Positions 53,957 to 63,999 of a stretch of 64,000 bases of DNA are shown one piece after another; positions within the stretch are counted from its first letter, which is position 1; each line of letters starts with the position of its first letter. Where the stretch lies: IMG/VR virus record IMGVR_UViG_3300048672_000970, positions 136,364 to 200,363 of that record; one strand, 5' to 3'. A program made the translations under genes and the position numbers. The notes beneath the pieces are model-generated. The model saw only the letters and a program-made list of their open reading frames with translations, had not been told where the DNA came from and searched no databases. Source of the stretch: a virus (lineage: Duplodnaviria > Caudoviricetes).

Positions 53957-53962
53957 TAAATA
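53957..53962 (+). promoter_or_regulatory. T4-type late promoter (TAAATA) heading the AAA/VWA operon
   Basis: Intergenic, upstream of ATG 53990. Confidence 0.65.
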
Positions 53963-53989
53963 ATAAACCAACCACTCTAGGAGAAAGAA

Positions 53990-54259
53990 ATGTCCTTTAA
54001 GGAACATCTGAAAAACACCAAGAGTAACACGCCGGCTCCAGCACCAGTCAAGAAGACGGATGTTGCAACTGCTGTTACAAAAATTACTGAGGCAAAGAAG
54101 CACCGGGATGCCAAAAAAGCTGAAGCTGATGATACACTCCCTGTCGTTCCTCACATGCATGAGGGTGCAGAAGGGTTTTCTGACCTTCACCGTCGTCATC
54201 TAGCGGTCATTGCTAAGAATGACCCAGACCGTATCAAGTCAATGCAAAATTGGGATTAA
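53990..54259 (+). CDS. Small low-complexity late protein
   Basis: AGGAG RBS; MSFKEHL N-terminus; K/A/P/T-rich. Confidence 0.75.
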   Translation: MSFKEHLKNTKSNTPAPAPVKKTDVATAVTKITEAKKHRDAKKAEADDTLPVVPHMHEGAEGFSDLHRRHLAVIAKNDPDRIKSMQNWD

Positions 54260-54261
54260 AC

Positions 54262-57126
54262 ATGGATCAAAATAACACTACTCCAGACAACAGCCAGGAC
54301 GAACAGGACGTTAAGCACGAAATCAAGCATTTTGATGCTAAGACCGTTGATCCGATGAGTTCGCAGCGTGTACGCATTTATAAAGCCGTTTTCGGCAACA
54401 TGCGCACTCATATGTCAGACCAAGCTTCTATCACGGGCGTTATGCTCAAGGGTAACGCCGGTACGGGTAAGACTTCGTTCGCCCGTGACCTGCAAGCGAT
54501 GCTTGGTATCGCGCTCGTCGTGATTGAAGCGCCGCACGTCACTGAAGAACACCTGCTGAACATTCCGTTCATCGTTTTCCCCGATGCAGAAGCAAAGGGT
54601 AAGACCCTGCACGACCAGCATGAGAAGGAATTGGATTATGAACTGACCCTTGCTAATTCAGTGTTGTACACGCAACTGATGCGCGGCAAGAAGCAATCTG
54701 ATGCACAACTGCTGGAAAACATTTACGAAAATCCGAAGCATGCTTCGCTGATTCCGGTGTGGGAAGCTTTTGGCGGTAAACCGAACGTTATTCCGGCACT
54801 GTTCAAGAGCATTCGGTCTAAGTTCTCTTGCCTACTTTTCATTGACGAATATTATCGCCAGCCGAAGAAGCGTATTCGCAACATTCTTCGTGGTCTGCTG
54901 AATAAGCAACTTGGTATGCATGACATGCCAGCTCACGTTTATACCCTGTATGCAACGAACGTTGATGATGAAGGCGTGACGACTGGTGATACCAACGAAA
55001 CGTTCAATTGGCACACGGTTGAAGTTCCTGAGAAGGATGAATGGTTCGCCCACATGGTTAACAAGTATGCCCATACGGGTGAACTGAAAGATGAAGTGGT
55101 GCAAAAGTTCTACAATGCGATTGAGCAAGAGCACCTATCGCATAACGACATGGACAACCTGCAAGAATCGGTTCGCTCATCTCCCCGTCGCTGGGAACAG
55201 ATTTTGGCGTATGTCAGTGCTGCCCTGCCAGTGAAGGATGCTCATGAAGCCGAGCAACTGATTAAAAACGTCCGTATTCAATTCCGGCATTATAAGACTG
55301 GTCAGTTTGGTAAGCTTGAAAGTATTGTTGCTGATGCGGTGCGTGAGCTGATTAACGAAACGTCCGGTGTTACTGCGTCGAGTGGTGGACTATCCGATGA
55401 TGACTGGCGTGAAACGCTTGACCATCAGATTAAGATGAAAATGCGCATGGGTGTAACCCGTAAGAACATTCCGGTTATTGCTGGTCTGCCGGGTGTTGGT
55501 AAGACTTCTGAACTGCAAAAGGTCGCCGATAGCAACCATATGGTACTGGTGATGATTAACTCATCTAATCTGTCCGCAGAAGAAATTATCGGTTCACCTG
55601 TCACTGAAAAGGATAAGTCGCAAGGTCTGAATGTTTCGTTCACTAAGCCACCTCTGCTCGCTTATATTGAACAGCAGATTAAGAAGAACACGGCAACTCT
55701 GATGGCTGCGATGACGCCGGAAGAACAGAAGAAATTCAAGACCCAACCTTATAACATTCTGGTATTCTTTGACGAATTTAACCGGATGAAGGACGTGAAT
55801 GCATTCAATGCACTGCGCCGAGTCGTGCTGGAAAAGTCTTTCTCGGATGAATTTGCTCTGCCAGAAAAGGCGATGATTGTCGCAGCGATTAACCCGACTG
55901 GTAAATCAGTGAACAATCTGACCAGTCATATGCAGGACGTAATTGACGTTATTCCTGTTAATGCGAATTGGCAAAAGACGACTGCGTATCTGGACAAGAT
56001 GAGCATTCCGACTGTTGACGATGACATCAAGAAGACCACGGTTGATGCTGTAAAACAACTGCTGGAAAATTTTGAGTCGAATGAAAAGCCGCGCAGTCAA
56101 CGGCCGTTTTATCCAATGCTTGCGACGGGTGTTGACCTGTTCGTTTCACCGCGCCATGTCACCACGATGGTGATGAATGCTGCTAATGCGCTTCAATTAG
56201 TTAAGGAAATGCATGCTGATGATATCGAGTCGGGTGACAAGGCTCGGCTTGAAAAAGTCAAGAACATGATGTATGATGATTTCTGCCAGCAAGTTGATGC
56301 CGTGATGACGGACGTGTACACACAGGCCGGTCTGACCAGCTCGTATGATGCGCGTAAGGGTGAACTGCATTCGTGGATTCATGCGAAGGTTAATCTTGGT
56401 GAAGACCTGTTCTATCGCAAGCCTGAAGGCGCTGATTTCAAGTCAACGTTTGAACAGTATTGGGATAACCTGTCTGATAACAAGATTGTTGAAGACGCTG
56501 ATGTTGGCAACTATTGGAACATTACCGACCCTGTGACGGCGAAGGAACAACTGTCAGCTTTCCTGCACGACAAAGTGTATGGCATGAAGGATTATCATGA
56601 TTTTGATGATATCATTGGTAAAGAAGACGTTGATGAAAATGGCGATTCACAAGAAGGTAACATCGTAGGCCCGCACGATCTGGCAATGCAAGACAAAGAA
56701 GGCGCACTGCGGAAAATGCATCATGGCAGTGTTCCTGCCGGTGCTACGCTGCGTACTAAGCCCGGTGTTGGTCGCCTGCTGAAGTTCATGCAACTGGTTC
56801 TGCTGTCAATTCATGCGCACGACATTGGTGGTGCAATGCCGCAAACTATCACTGAAACTCTGAATGGTTTCTTGGATGGTATTACTGAACAGTTTGAAAG
56901 CAAGTCTCCAGAAATGGAAGCTCTGATGGAGCGGATGAAAGATGCGCCGAATAACAACGCTGGTCAGAAAAAGTGGTTTAGAACCAAGTATGCGTCTGTT
57001 CTGAAGCAATTTGCATCTAACCATTCTGACATGATTGTTTCGTATCTTAACACCAACAAAACACTGACCGCGCACCAGCATGATGATGTTGGCGGCGCTG
57101 ACATTGGGGATGAACACCATGACTGA
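54262..57126 (+). CDS. Tandem double AAA+ ATPase (MoxR/dynein-related)
   Basis: Module 1 GNAGTGKT and LFIDEYYR; module 2 GLPGVGKT and FFDEFNR, AAINP; SPR motifs. Confidence 0.88.
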   Translation: MDQNNTTPDNSQDEQDVKHEIKHFDAKTVDPMSSQRVRIYKAVFGNMRTHMSDQASITGVMLKGNAGTGKTSFARDLQAMLGIALVVIEAPHVTEEHLLNIPFIVFPDAEAKGKTLHDQHEKELDYELTLANSVLYTQLMRGKKQSDAQLLENIYENPKHASLIPVWEAFGGKPNVIPALFKSIRSKFSCLLFIDEYYRQPKKRIRNILRGLLNKQLGMHDMPAHVYTLYATNVDDEGVTTGDTNETFNWHTVEVPEKDEWFAHMVNKYAHTGELKDEVVQKFYNAIEQEHLSHNDMDNLQESVRSSPRRWEQILAYVSAALPVKDAHEAEQLIKNVRIQFRHYKTGQFGKLESIVADAVRELINETSGVTASSGGLSDDDWRETLDHQIKMKMRMGVTRKNIPVIAGLPGVGKTSELQKVADSNHMVLVMINSSNLSAEEIIGSPVTEKDKSQGLNVSFTKPPLLAYIEQQIKKNTATLMAAMTPEEQKKFKTQPYNILVFFDEFNRMKDVNAFNALRRVVLEKSFSDEFALPEKAMIVAAINPTGKSVNNLTSHMQDVIDVIPVNANWQKTTAYLDKMSIPTVDDDIKKTTVDAVKQLLENFESNEKPRSQRPFYPMLATGVDLFVSPRHVTTMVMNAANALQLVKEMHADDIESGDKARLEKVKNMMYDDFCQQVDAVMTDVYTQAGLTSSYDARKGELHSWIHAKVNLGEDLFYRKPEGADFKSTFEQYWDNLSDNKIVEDADVGNYWNITDPVTAKEQLSAFLHDKVYGMKDYHDFDDIIGKEDVDENGDSQEGNIVGPHDLAMQDKEGALRKMHHGSVPAGATLRTKPGVGRLLKFMQLVLLSIHAHDIGGAMPQTITETLNGFLDGITEQFESKSPEMEALMERMKDAPNNNAGQKKWFRTKYASVLKQFASNHSDMIVSYLNTNKTLTAHQHDDVGGADIGDEHHD

Positions 57127-59116
57127 TGAAATCCATAAGACTTTTCGCCTGAAACAGCGGATTGTCGAGGATCTTGGAATTGCGAACAAGCGTAAGGCAA
57201 AGGGGGAAACCCCTTTCCTTGACACCAAATTCCATGACCCTCACATTCAAAAAATTGTCAATTTCCTGGTGGGGTATTACAATACCCATCCAGATGCTAC
57301 CGTTCCGGAAGATGTATTCGGTAAGATGATTCGTGCCATGCAAAATGGTGCGCCGCCGTCGATTGTTGAGACTAAGCATGTTGCCGGACAGCAAATTACG
57401 GCTAAGGATTTTGAAGACGACATTAATAACGAACTGATGGCCTTACAAGGCCGGGAAACAATTAGCCCTAAGCTGTATTCAACCGCGAAAAAGAATATGG
57501 TTGAATCTTCCCTTTTTGGTTATGTCAAGGCGGTAAAGCATGCACATATCCCGTCTGCTCCTAAATTCAAATACTCTGTATTCAAAAAGCTATGGGATAC
57601 GGTGGTATTGGAACATCCGTCTATGTTCCCTCTTAAAAATTTGGGTGATTCCAAAGTTATTCGGCCTGACAAGGTTAGCCTAATCATCACGCCGTCCACC
57701 GCCAACAAAAAATTTAATAGCATCAAAACAGCGACAGCAACTCCTAATGGTGAATTCATTTTCCATGAACCATTTTGTCAGGAGTTACTGAATTGGGGAA
57801 CACTGAAAGGCGTTCAGCCAAAGGGTAAGAAGTATTCTAATAACGGTGGTCAATTCCCGCCCGAGTATGCGTATATTGAATTTCTTATCATGCACGAAAT
57901 TTACCATTTCATGTATGGAGATTTTTACTTTAAGAACAAATACAAGTTGAAGATGAAGTTGGTTAACTATGCCGGTGATTTTAGAACTAACTATGATTTA
58001 GTTAAAGCCGGATATGAGCAAATTCCGATTGGACTCTTTTCGGACGATTTGAACCTTGACCGATTCAAATCGTATTCTGAATTGGCGGCGGCCGTTAAGG
58101 CGGAACTTGATAAATTCCCGCCCCCTCCGAAAAATAAATCGAAAGGCGCGCAATCTGATGGCGAAGAAGAAGGTGGTGAAGGTGGTGAGGGAGAGGGAGA
58201 AAATGATGACCCATTCCAGCCCCATGATTCGCACGAGCATACTGAGGATAAAACGGCCGATGGCGACAGTAAGCCGGCCGACCCATCAGAGATTGACGCG
58301 CATAATGAAGCAACTCGTGATAAAATTGAGAAGGCTGAAGCTAATCGGGTGGACAAAGAAGGCACCGGCCAAAATGCACCTGAGCGACCAAAAGTTAAAA
58401 TGACTGGTGCCCGGTCATCAAGTCGAGTTGATACAGGTACTGCGGCTTTTGATTGGAGTCAGCAGCGACCGGCATTCTCTTGGAAACAAATTGTAGACAA
58501 GTGTGCCAAGTCAGAAGTTGAAGAAGAAGAAACGATTGCTCGCCCTTCGCGGACAATTATTTCAAGACTTCACCAAGCGCGGGCGTTTGGTTCTGCAGCC
58601 ATCAAGGCCGGTATCGTTGAAGACGAAAGGAATATCAAACTGGCATTTATTGTTGACCGTTCAGGTTCTATGGGGCATGTTATCGACCAAATTACTGCCG
58701 AGATTCATAACGTCATGAAGCAGCATGGTGGTGACACAATGTATTTTGTACCCTTCTCAAATGGGGCGAAAATGTATCAGATTGCTTTCAAGGCTGGTAC
58801 TGGATTTGAAGTTGACATCAAAACTCAGGCTAAAATTGGCCCGCAACGGACGTTGCACGATATTCTGTCAAATGGTGAATTCGGCGGCACGAACTTCGAC
58901 CAAGAACTTGTCGATCTGACTAATCATCTAACAGGACAAGGGTGGAACGTTATTCTGTCTACTGACTCGGATATTCTGTACGGAGGAAATATGACTAACT
59001 TTATGAAGTACGCTCAGATTGACCACGCTTTCACGATTCTTGACAGTCGTGACACGTGGATTTCGGTTTGTAGTAAAACTTCTGCCAAACCAGATTCGGT
59101 AACGTATTTCGGATAA
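57119..59116 (+). CDS. DUF2201-like metallopeptidase domain plus VWA domain protein
   Basis: TATATPNG, FLIMHEIYH (HExxH), acidic linker, MIDAS DRSGS, GGTNF. Confidence 0.85.
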   Translation: MTDEIHKTFRLKQRIVEDLGIANKRKAKGETPFLDTKFHDPHIQKIVNFLVGYYNTHPDATVPEDVFGKMIRAMQNGAPPSIVETKHVAGQQITAKDFEDDINNELMALQGRETISPKLYSTAKKNMVESSLFGYVKAVKHAHIPSAPKFKYSVFKKLWDTVVLEHPSMFPLKNLGDSKVIRPDKVSLIITPSTANKKFNSIKTATATPNGEFIFHEPFCQELLNWGTLKGVQPKGKKYSNNGGQFPPEYAYIEFLIMHEIYHFMYGDFYFKNKYKLKMKLVNYAGDFRTNYDLVKAGYEQIPIGLFSDDLNLDRFKSYSELAAAVKAELDKFPPPPKNKSKGAQSDGEEEGGEGGEGEGENDDPFQPHDSHEHTEDKTADGDSKPADPSEIDAHNEATRDKIEKAEANRVDKEGTGQNAPERPKVKMTGARSSSRVDTGTAAFDWSQQRPAFSWKQIVDKCAKSEVEEEETIARPSRTIISRLHQARAFGSAAIKAGIVEDERNIKLAFIVDRSGSMGHVIDQITAEIHNVMKQHGGDTMYFVPFSNGAKMYQIAFKAGTGFEVDIKTQAKIGPQRTLHDILSNGEFGGTNFDQELVDLTNHLTGQGWNVILSTDSDILYGGNMTNFMKYAQIDHAFTILDSRDTWISVCSKTSAKPDSVTYFG

Positions 59117-59134
59117 AACAAAACTGCAGGGAGG

Positions 59135-59160
59135 TAAATAAGGGGCTAAAAGCCCCTTAT
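59135..59160 (+). promoter_or_regulatory. Late promoter TAAATA (59135-59140) overlapping the hairpin ataaggggct-aaa-agccccttat
   Basis: Intergenic, upstream of the nrd operon. Confidence 0.55.
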
Positions 59161-59167
59161 TTCATTT

Positions 59168-59407
59168 ATGGAAACAATACCCACTTGTTGCTTTGTCACT
59201 TCTGCCGATGTATCAAATGATATGCCATTCGTTGATAAACTTGTCGCAGATGAGTTAAATAGACGCCGGGCTAATCAGTGCGTTGAACTTTCTTTCGATG
59301 AGGTTCAAGAACTTAGAAAAACCCTGGTAAAATTCATCCTGTTGGGAAAGAACTACACGGCGGCGATGAATTTCAGAACCCAAGAAACAAAACTATTGGA
59401 AGGATAA
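59168..59407 (+). CDS. Hypothetical protein
   Basis: 79-aa ORF abutting nrdA. Confidence 0.6.
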   Translation: METIPTCCFVTSADVSNDMPFVDKLVADELNRRRANQCVELSFDEVQELRKTLVKFILLGKNYTAAMNFRTQETKLLEG

Positions 59408-59408
59408 G

Positions 59409-60869
59409 ATGAAGATTATTAAGCGAAACGGAAAGAAGGAAAAGTTTGAACTTGCCAAGTGGCAAGCACATATTGCCAAAATGTGTGAGGGGATTGAAGA
59501 TGTATCTCCGTCCATGATTGAGATTCATGCTTCCCCGCAATTTTATGATGGAATGACCACTGAAGAACTGGACGCGATTGCGCTGCGCGCCGAAGTCAAT
59601 CTGATTGATGAAACGTCGATGCCAGGAATTGCCAATGTTAATTATCAGAAAGTTGCCGGCCGGCATCTCATCACCATGCTTCGCAAGAAGGTGTACGGAG
59701 AATATGAAGTACCGCATATTCTAGAGATTGTTAAGCGTAATGTCGGCCTGAAACTATATACTGCAGAACTGCTTGATTGGTACTCTGAAGAAGAATGGGA
59801 CAGCATTAATGAAATGCTTGACCATAGCCGTGATGAGAAAATGGATTATGCGGCGGTTGACCAATTGATTGAAAAGTATCTCGTTCAAAATCGGGCGACA
59901 AAGGAAGTGTATGAAAGTCCGCAAATCCGATACATCATTTCGGCAGCGACGTTATTCCATGCTGAAAAGGAAAATCGGCTTCAATGGGTGAAGGATTATT
60001 ATGATTCATCGTCACTCGGCGAAATCACGCAATCAACACCCGTCTGTGCGGGCCTAGGAACGCCTACAAAGCAATTTTCTAGCTGCACCCTCATGAGCAT
60101 TGGCGACAGCAAAGAATCGATTTATAGGGGCGCTGAGTCGATTGCAGAGTACGCATCTAACCGAGCTGGCATCGGCATTGAAATCGGCTCTATCCGCCCG
60201 CTAGGTGCCCCTGTGAGGAACGGTGAAATCAAGCACACTGGCCTAGTTCCTTTCCTGCACAAGTGGTTCCGTGATCTGCGCGCTTTCAGTCAGGGCGGCA
60301 TTCGTAACTCATCTATGACGGTTGCCTATCCAATTTGGCATTATCAGTTTGAAGACCTTATCGTGCTGAAGAATAACCAAGGGACGGAAGAATCACGAGT
60401 TCGACACGTTGATTATGATGTTGTCATGTCTGCTTTCTTTTGGCGGCGTTATAAGAATCAAGGGCAGATTACGTTATTTGACCCGGCTGAAGTACCAGAC
60501 CTTTATAAAGCTTTTTACTCAAATCCTGAACGGTTTGAGCAACTGTATGAACAGTATGAGAAAGATTCTTCTATCAAGCGGAAAAAGACACTGCCGGCTG
60601 CTACAATTATTGACATGTTTGTCAGTGAACGCAGCGACACTGGCCGAATCTATGTCATGAATGTTGATAACGTCATTCGACAAGGTGTTTTCGATTCAGA
60701 AACTCACCCGGTTCTAACTTCTAATCTCTGTATGGAAATTCTTATTCCCGTCGTCGCATTTGCTACCTGGGTCAAGAAGGAATTTAAGGTGAAGAAAGAA
60801 GCCGCTCTCAACTTTGTACTCAACTTGCCAAAACAATACGCTAACCCTCGCATCAAGGAAAATAACTAA
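59409..60869 (+). CDS. nrdA: Ribonucleotide reductase class Ia alpha subunit, N-terminal fragment (NrdA-a)
   Basis: ATP cone (IIKRNGKKE), FSSC, QGGIRNSS, SNLCMEI active-site loop, then a ~40-aa extension and stop. Confidence 0.92.
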   Translation: MKIIKRNGKKEKFELAKWQAHIAKMCEGIEDVSPSMIEIHASPQFYDGMTTEELDAIALRAEVNLIDETSMPGIANVNYQKVAGRHLITMLRKKVYGEYEVPHILEIVKRNVGLKLYTAELLDWYSEEEWDSINEMLDHSRDEKMDYAAVDQLIEKYLVQNRATKEVYESPQIRYIISAATLFHAEKENRLQWVKDYYDSSSLGEITQSTPVCAGLGTPTKQFSSCTLMSIGDSKESIYRGAESIAEYASNRAGIGIEIGSIRPLGAPVRNGEIKHTGLVPFLHKWFRDLRAFSQGGIRNSSMTVAYPIWHYQFEDLIVLKNNQGTEESRVRHVDYDVVMSAFFWRRYKNQGQITLFDPAEVPDLYKAFYSNPERFEQLYEQYEKDSSIKRKKTLPAATIIDMFVSERSDTGRIYVMNVDNVIRQGVFDSETHPVLTSNLCMEILIPVVAFATWVKKEFKVKKEAALNFVLNLPKQYANPRIKENN

Positions 60870-61879
60870 TGGACTATACCCAAGAATACATCACGATTGA
60901 AGTTGACGAAGATACTTCCCGCACGGCTTTATGTACGCTCGCATCAGTGAACATTAGTAAGTTCAAGAATCCTGAAGACCTTCAGCGGCCTATTCGATTG
61001 CTGGTTCGCGGCCTCCATAACATCCTGCAATATCAAGATTTTCTTAACGTCGGTGCAAAACTGGCTACTGAAGAATTTGAGCCGATTGGAATCAGCATTA
61101 CCAATTTTGCTCACTGGATGGCGCAACGTGGTTTCACGTATGGTCAACCTGAAGCCCTTCAAGAGCAAAAACGATGGATGGAATATTTCGCTTATTATGC
61201 CATTCGAGCGTCGTGCGACCTAGCCAAAGAAAAGGGGCCGTGTAAGCTTTCTCACACTACGTTATATGGAAAAGGTATTTTTCCGTGGGAGCGTCGAGCA
61301 AAGGGTGTTAACGAGCTAGCCGACTTTACGCCAAATCCTGATATCCCCTGGGAAGAACTTCGCCAAGACCTGCTAAAATACGGCATTCGCAATGCACTTT
61401 GGGGCTGTCAGCCACCCGTTGAATCAAGTTCAGTGGTTGTCTCGTCTACCAACGGAATTGAGCCAACAAAGCAACTTATCACGCTGAAAGAATCTAAGGC
61501 GGGTATTGTGCCGGTGGTCGTGCCAGACTATAAAACCCTTGCTGATAAGTATCAAAATCTTTGGGATATTGACCCACTTGATTATCTGAAGCATGTGGCG
61601 GTTTTCCAAGTGTATTATGACCAGAGTCTATCTGCCAATACTTGCTACAATCCGGCGCATTATTACACTGATGACCCGGAAACGGATGGCAAGATTCCTA
61701 AGACGAAAGTTATCTCGGATATGATGCAATTTCATATTTGGGGCGGAAAGACGATGTATTACCATCTCATTAACAAATCAGCCATTCGTAAGCGCCTCGA
61801 TTCAAATCCAGAGACGCCCATTCCGGTAGAAAATCTACTACTGGAAGAAGAATCAGACTGCGAAGCCTGCAAACTATAA
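60869..61879 (+). CDS. nrdA: Ribonucleotide reductase class Ia alpha subunit, C-terminal fragment (NrdA-b)
   Basis: ALCTLASVN, YGIRNA, PVESSS..STNGIEP, DQSLSAN, TMYY, terminal CEACKL; own AAGGA RBS; TAATG overlap. Confidence 0.92.
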   Translation: MDYTQEYITIEVDEDTSRTALCTLASVNISKFKNPEDLQRPIRLLVRGLHNILQYQDFLNVGAKLATEEFEPIGISITNFAHWMAQRGFTYGQPEALQEQKRWMEYFAYYAIRASCDLAKEKGPCKLSHTTLYGKGIFPWERRAKGVNELADFTPNPDIPWEELRQDLLKYGIRNALWGCQPPVESSSVVVSSTNGIEPTKQLITLKESKAGIVPVVVPDYKTLADKYQNLWDIDPLDYLKHVAVFQVYYDQSLSANTCYNPAHYYTDDPETDGKIPKTKVISDMMQFHIWGGKTMYYHLINKSAIRKRLDSNPETPIPVENLLLEEESDCEACKL

Positions 61880-61890
61880 GGAACAAGAAC

Positions 61891-62979
61891 ATGTCACTAA
61901 ACTATGATTTTTCAAAGCAACCGAATTATCTGAAGCGTAACATGTTCCTTGATGGAGCAGTTACTGTTCAACGGTATGAGGATTATGCATTCCCTCGTAT
62001 TGCGCAGTTTGACGAAGCCCAGCAAGGAGCATTTTGGCGCCCACAAGAAATCAGTCTGATGAAAGACAAGCATGATTTCAAGGAAGCTAACGAAGCTGAA
62101 CGCCATGCATTCACCAGTAACATCCTTCGCCAAACGGCATTAGATTCCGCACAAGCTAAATCACCTTCCGCTTGTTTTCTGCCTGTTTGCTCGGTTCCTG
62201 AACTAGAATCACTGATGTTCACTTGGAGTTTCTTTGAAACTATCCATTCACGTAGTTATTCTCATATCATCAAAAACATTTACAATGTACCCAAAGCTGA
62301 ATTTAACAAGATTCACGATACTCAAGACATTGTTAGTATGGCGGCAAACATCGGTAAATACTACGATGATTTGTATAGGCTGAACTGTCAAGTTGAGCTT
62401 GGGCAAAGTGTTTCTGAAGAAGCGCACATTAAAGCCATTTGGCTTGCGATGATTGCTTCGTTCGGTCTGGAAGCTATTCGATTTATGATTTCGTTCGCCA
62501 CCTCTTTTGGTATGGTCGAGAATAAAAAGTTTATCGGGAATGGTTCTATCATTTCGCTTATCGCTCAAGATGAAACTTATCACACAGATTGGACAGCATA
62601 CATCATCAACACTTTACGCCGGAAAGATAAGCGATTTACCGAAATCGCTGAATCATGTAAGGAAGAAGCACAATATATCCTAGATGAAGTTGTACGCGAA
62701 GAAAAAGATTGGGCAAAGTATCTATTCAAGAAGGGGCCGGTTGTCGGCCTGAATGAAACCATTATGCAAAATTTTGCTGAAGCAAATGCTGCCACTCAAT
62801 ATGCCCGAATTGGTATGAAGTATCCGACTAAGCATACCATCGCCTCAACTCTCCCTTGGTATCCTAGACACCTGCAAACCGAGCGTAAGCAAACGGCTCT
62901 CCAAGAAAACGAGAGTCAAGTCTACATTATCGGAGCGATGACGACTGATGTAGATTTTTCTAAACTCCCTAACCTATAA
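61891..62979 (+). CDS. nrdB: Ribonucleotide reductase class Ia beta subunit
   Basis: FWRPQEI, ETIHSRSYSH, LEAIRF, QDETYH, ALQENE. Confidence 0.95.
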   Translation: MSLNYDFSKQPNYLKRNMFLDGAVTVQRYEDYAFPRIAQFDEAQQGAFWRPQEISLMKDKHDFKEANEAERHAFTSNILRQTALDSAQAKSPSACFLPVCSVPELESLMFTWSFFETIHSRSYSHIIKNIYNVPKAEFNKIHDTQDIVSMAANIGKYYDDLYRLNCQVELGQSVSEEAHIKAIWLAMIASFGLEAIRFMISFATSFGMVENKKFIGNGSIISLIAQDETYHTDWTAYIINTLRRKDKRFTEIAESCKEEAQYILDEVVREEKDWAKYLFKKGPVVGLNETIMQNFAEANAATQYARIGMKYPTKHTIASTLPWYPRHLQTERKQTALQENESQVYIIGAMTTDVDFSKLPNL

Positions 62980-62988
62980 GGAAAAAAG

Positions 62989-63228
62989 ATGATTACTGTA
63001 TTTGGAAAGGACGGTTGCGTCCAATGTGACCAAGCTGTCAAGCTACTTCAATCAGCCGCCGTTGATTACAAGTATGTGAAGGTGCTGTATCCCGGAAATA
63101 GTTATGCAGGCGATTCTGTCCAACTGGAAGATTTCAAACAGCAATATCCGACAGTTCGGGCAATGCCTTTCATCATGCGGGGGGATTCGGTGATTGGCGG
63201 TCTTGCTGATTTACGGAAGGTGATTTGA
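62989..63228 (+). CDS. Glutaredoxin (NrdC/NrdH-like)
   Basis: CVQC active site, RAMPFI, IGG; follows nrdB. Confidence 0.88.
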   Translation: MITVFGKDGCVQCDQAVKLLQSAAVDYKYVKVLYPGNSYAGDSVQLEDFKQQYPTVRAMPFIMRGDSVIGGLADLRKVI

Positions 63229-63255
63229 CTTGCTGATTTACGGAAGGTGATTTGA
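63202..63255 (+). repeat. Perfect 27-bp tandem duplication including the stop codon
   Basis: cttgctgatttacggaaggtgatttga at 63202 and 63229. Confidence 0.95.
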
Positions 63256-63280
63256 AAAAGAGGGCCATTGGCCCTCTTTT
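63256..63280. terminator. Bidirectional intrinsic terminator
   Basis: aaaagagggc-cattg-gccctctttt between convergent genes. Confidence 0.85.
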
Positions 63281-63999
63281 TATTTGAACTTGATAAAACT
63301 GATGTCTTCCATCCCTCTTTTAAGGATTCGAGTTTCAATGTCGTCGCCATATCGGCTGTTCAGATTAATGTGGTTTTCTTCAGCAAGTGCATGCGTGGCA
63401 AAATATTCAAAACGATTGTTTACCATGACCTCCCTCGCATCATCCACCCCATGTTCAAGGCAAACATCCACGTATGATTTCCTGAAATTTTCCGCACTGG
63501 CAAATGCGCCCTTAGATAGATTCTTAATATCCAGAAAACGGTTGCCATCCCGGTAATCGTTGTTATAATCTTCATATTTTGGGTAGTCACGATGGCTCCA
63601 CACCGCATCCCAATCGATTTCTGCTAAATCATCGTCTTCGTCGTCATCGTCTTTAATAACCAGACCTTCTTTTTTAGCCCAATCTGCAACGTAATCTCGA
63701 TAACCGTCATCATTTAATTCCATGTCATTCAAAAGCTCGGCACCAACTTCTTGCAGTTTTTCCAGATAGTGTTTCATGGCCCGCTCTAATAGTGCATCGT
63801 CACAAAATAGAGTGTGATGGTCTAAATCCGGTGCATATGCAATCATGGCTTTTGAAATCAGCTTACGCAAATCAGCATCGGAATCATCCATTACTCGGGC
63901 CACATTCAGATATAAACCATCGTTAGATGCTTCATCTTCATGTAATGTATTCCCACTATGGTCTAAGATTCCAACTGTATCAATACCATGCTCAAAAAG
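63280..63999 (-). CDS. Acidic hypothetical protein, 5' end outside window
   Basis: Frame stays open from 63903 to the window edge (LFEHGIDT...LNVARVM). Confidence 0.75.
   Translation of the reverse strand, partial: LFEHGIDTVGILDHSGNTLHEDEASNDGLYLNVARVMDDSDADLRKLISKAMIAYAPDLDHHTLFCDDALLERAMKHYLEKLQEVGAELLNDMELNDDGYRDYVADWAKKEGLVIKDDDDEDDDLAEIDWDAVWSHRDYPKYEDYNNDYRDGNRFLDIKNLSKGAFASAENFRKSYVDVCLEHGVDDAREVMVNNRFEYFATHALAEENHINLNSRYGDDIETRILKRGMEDISFIKFK

Noticed and set aside
60730-60935. Split intein joining the two NrdA fragments
   Set aside because: The C in NLCMEI is the RNR catalytic Cys; there are no HINT blocks and no HN-C/S/T junction in NrdA-b.
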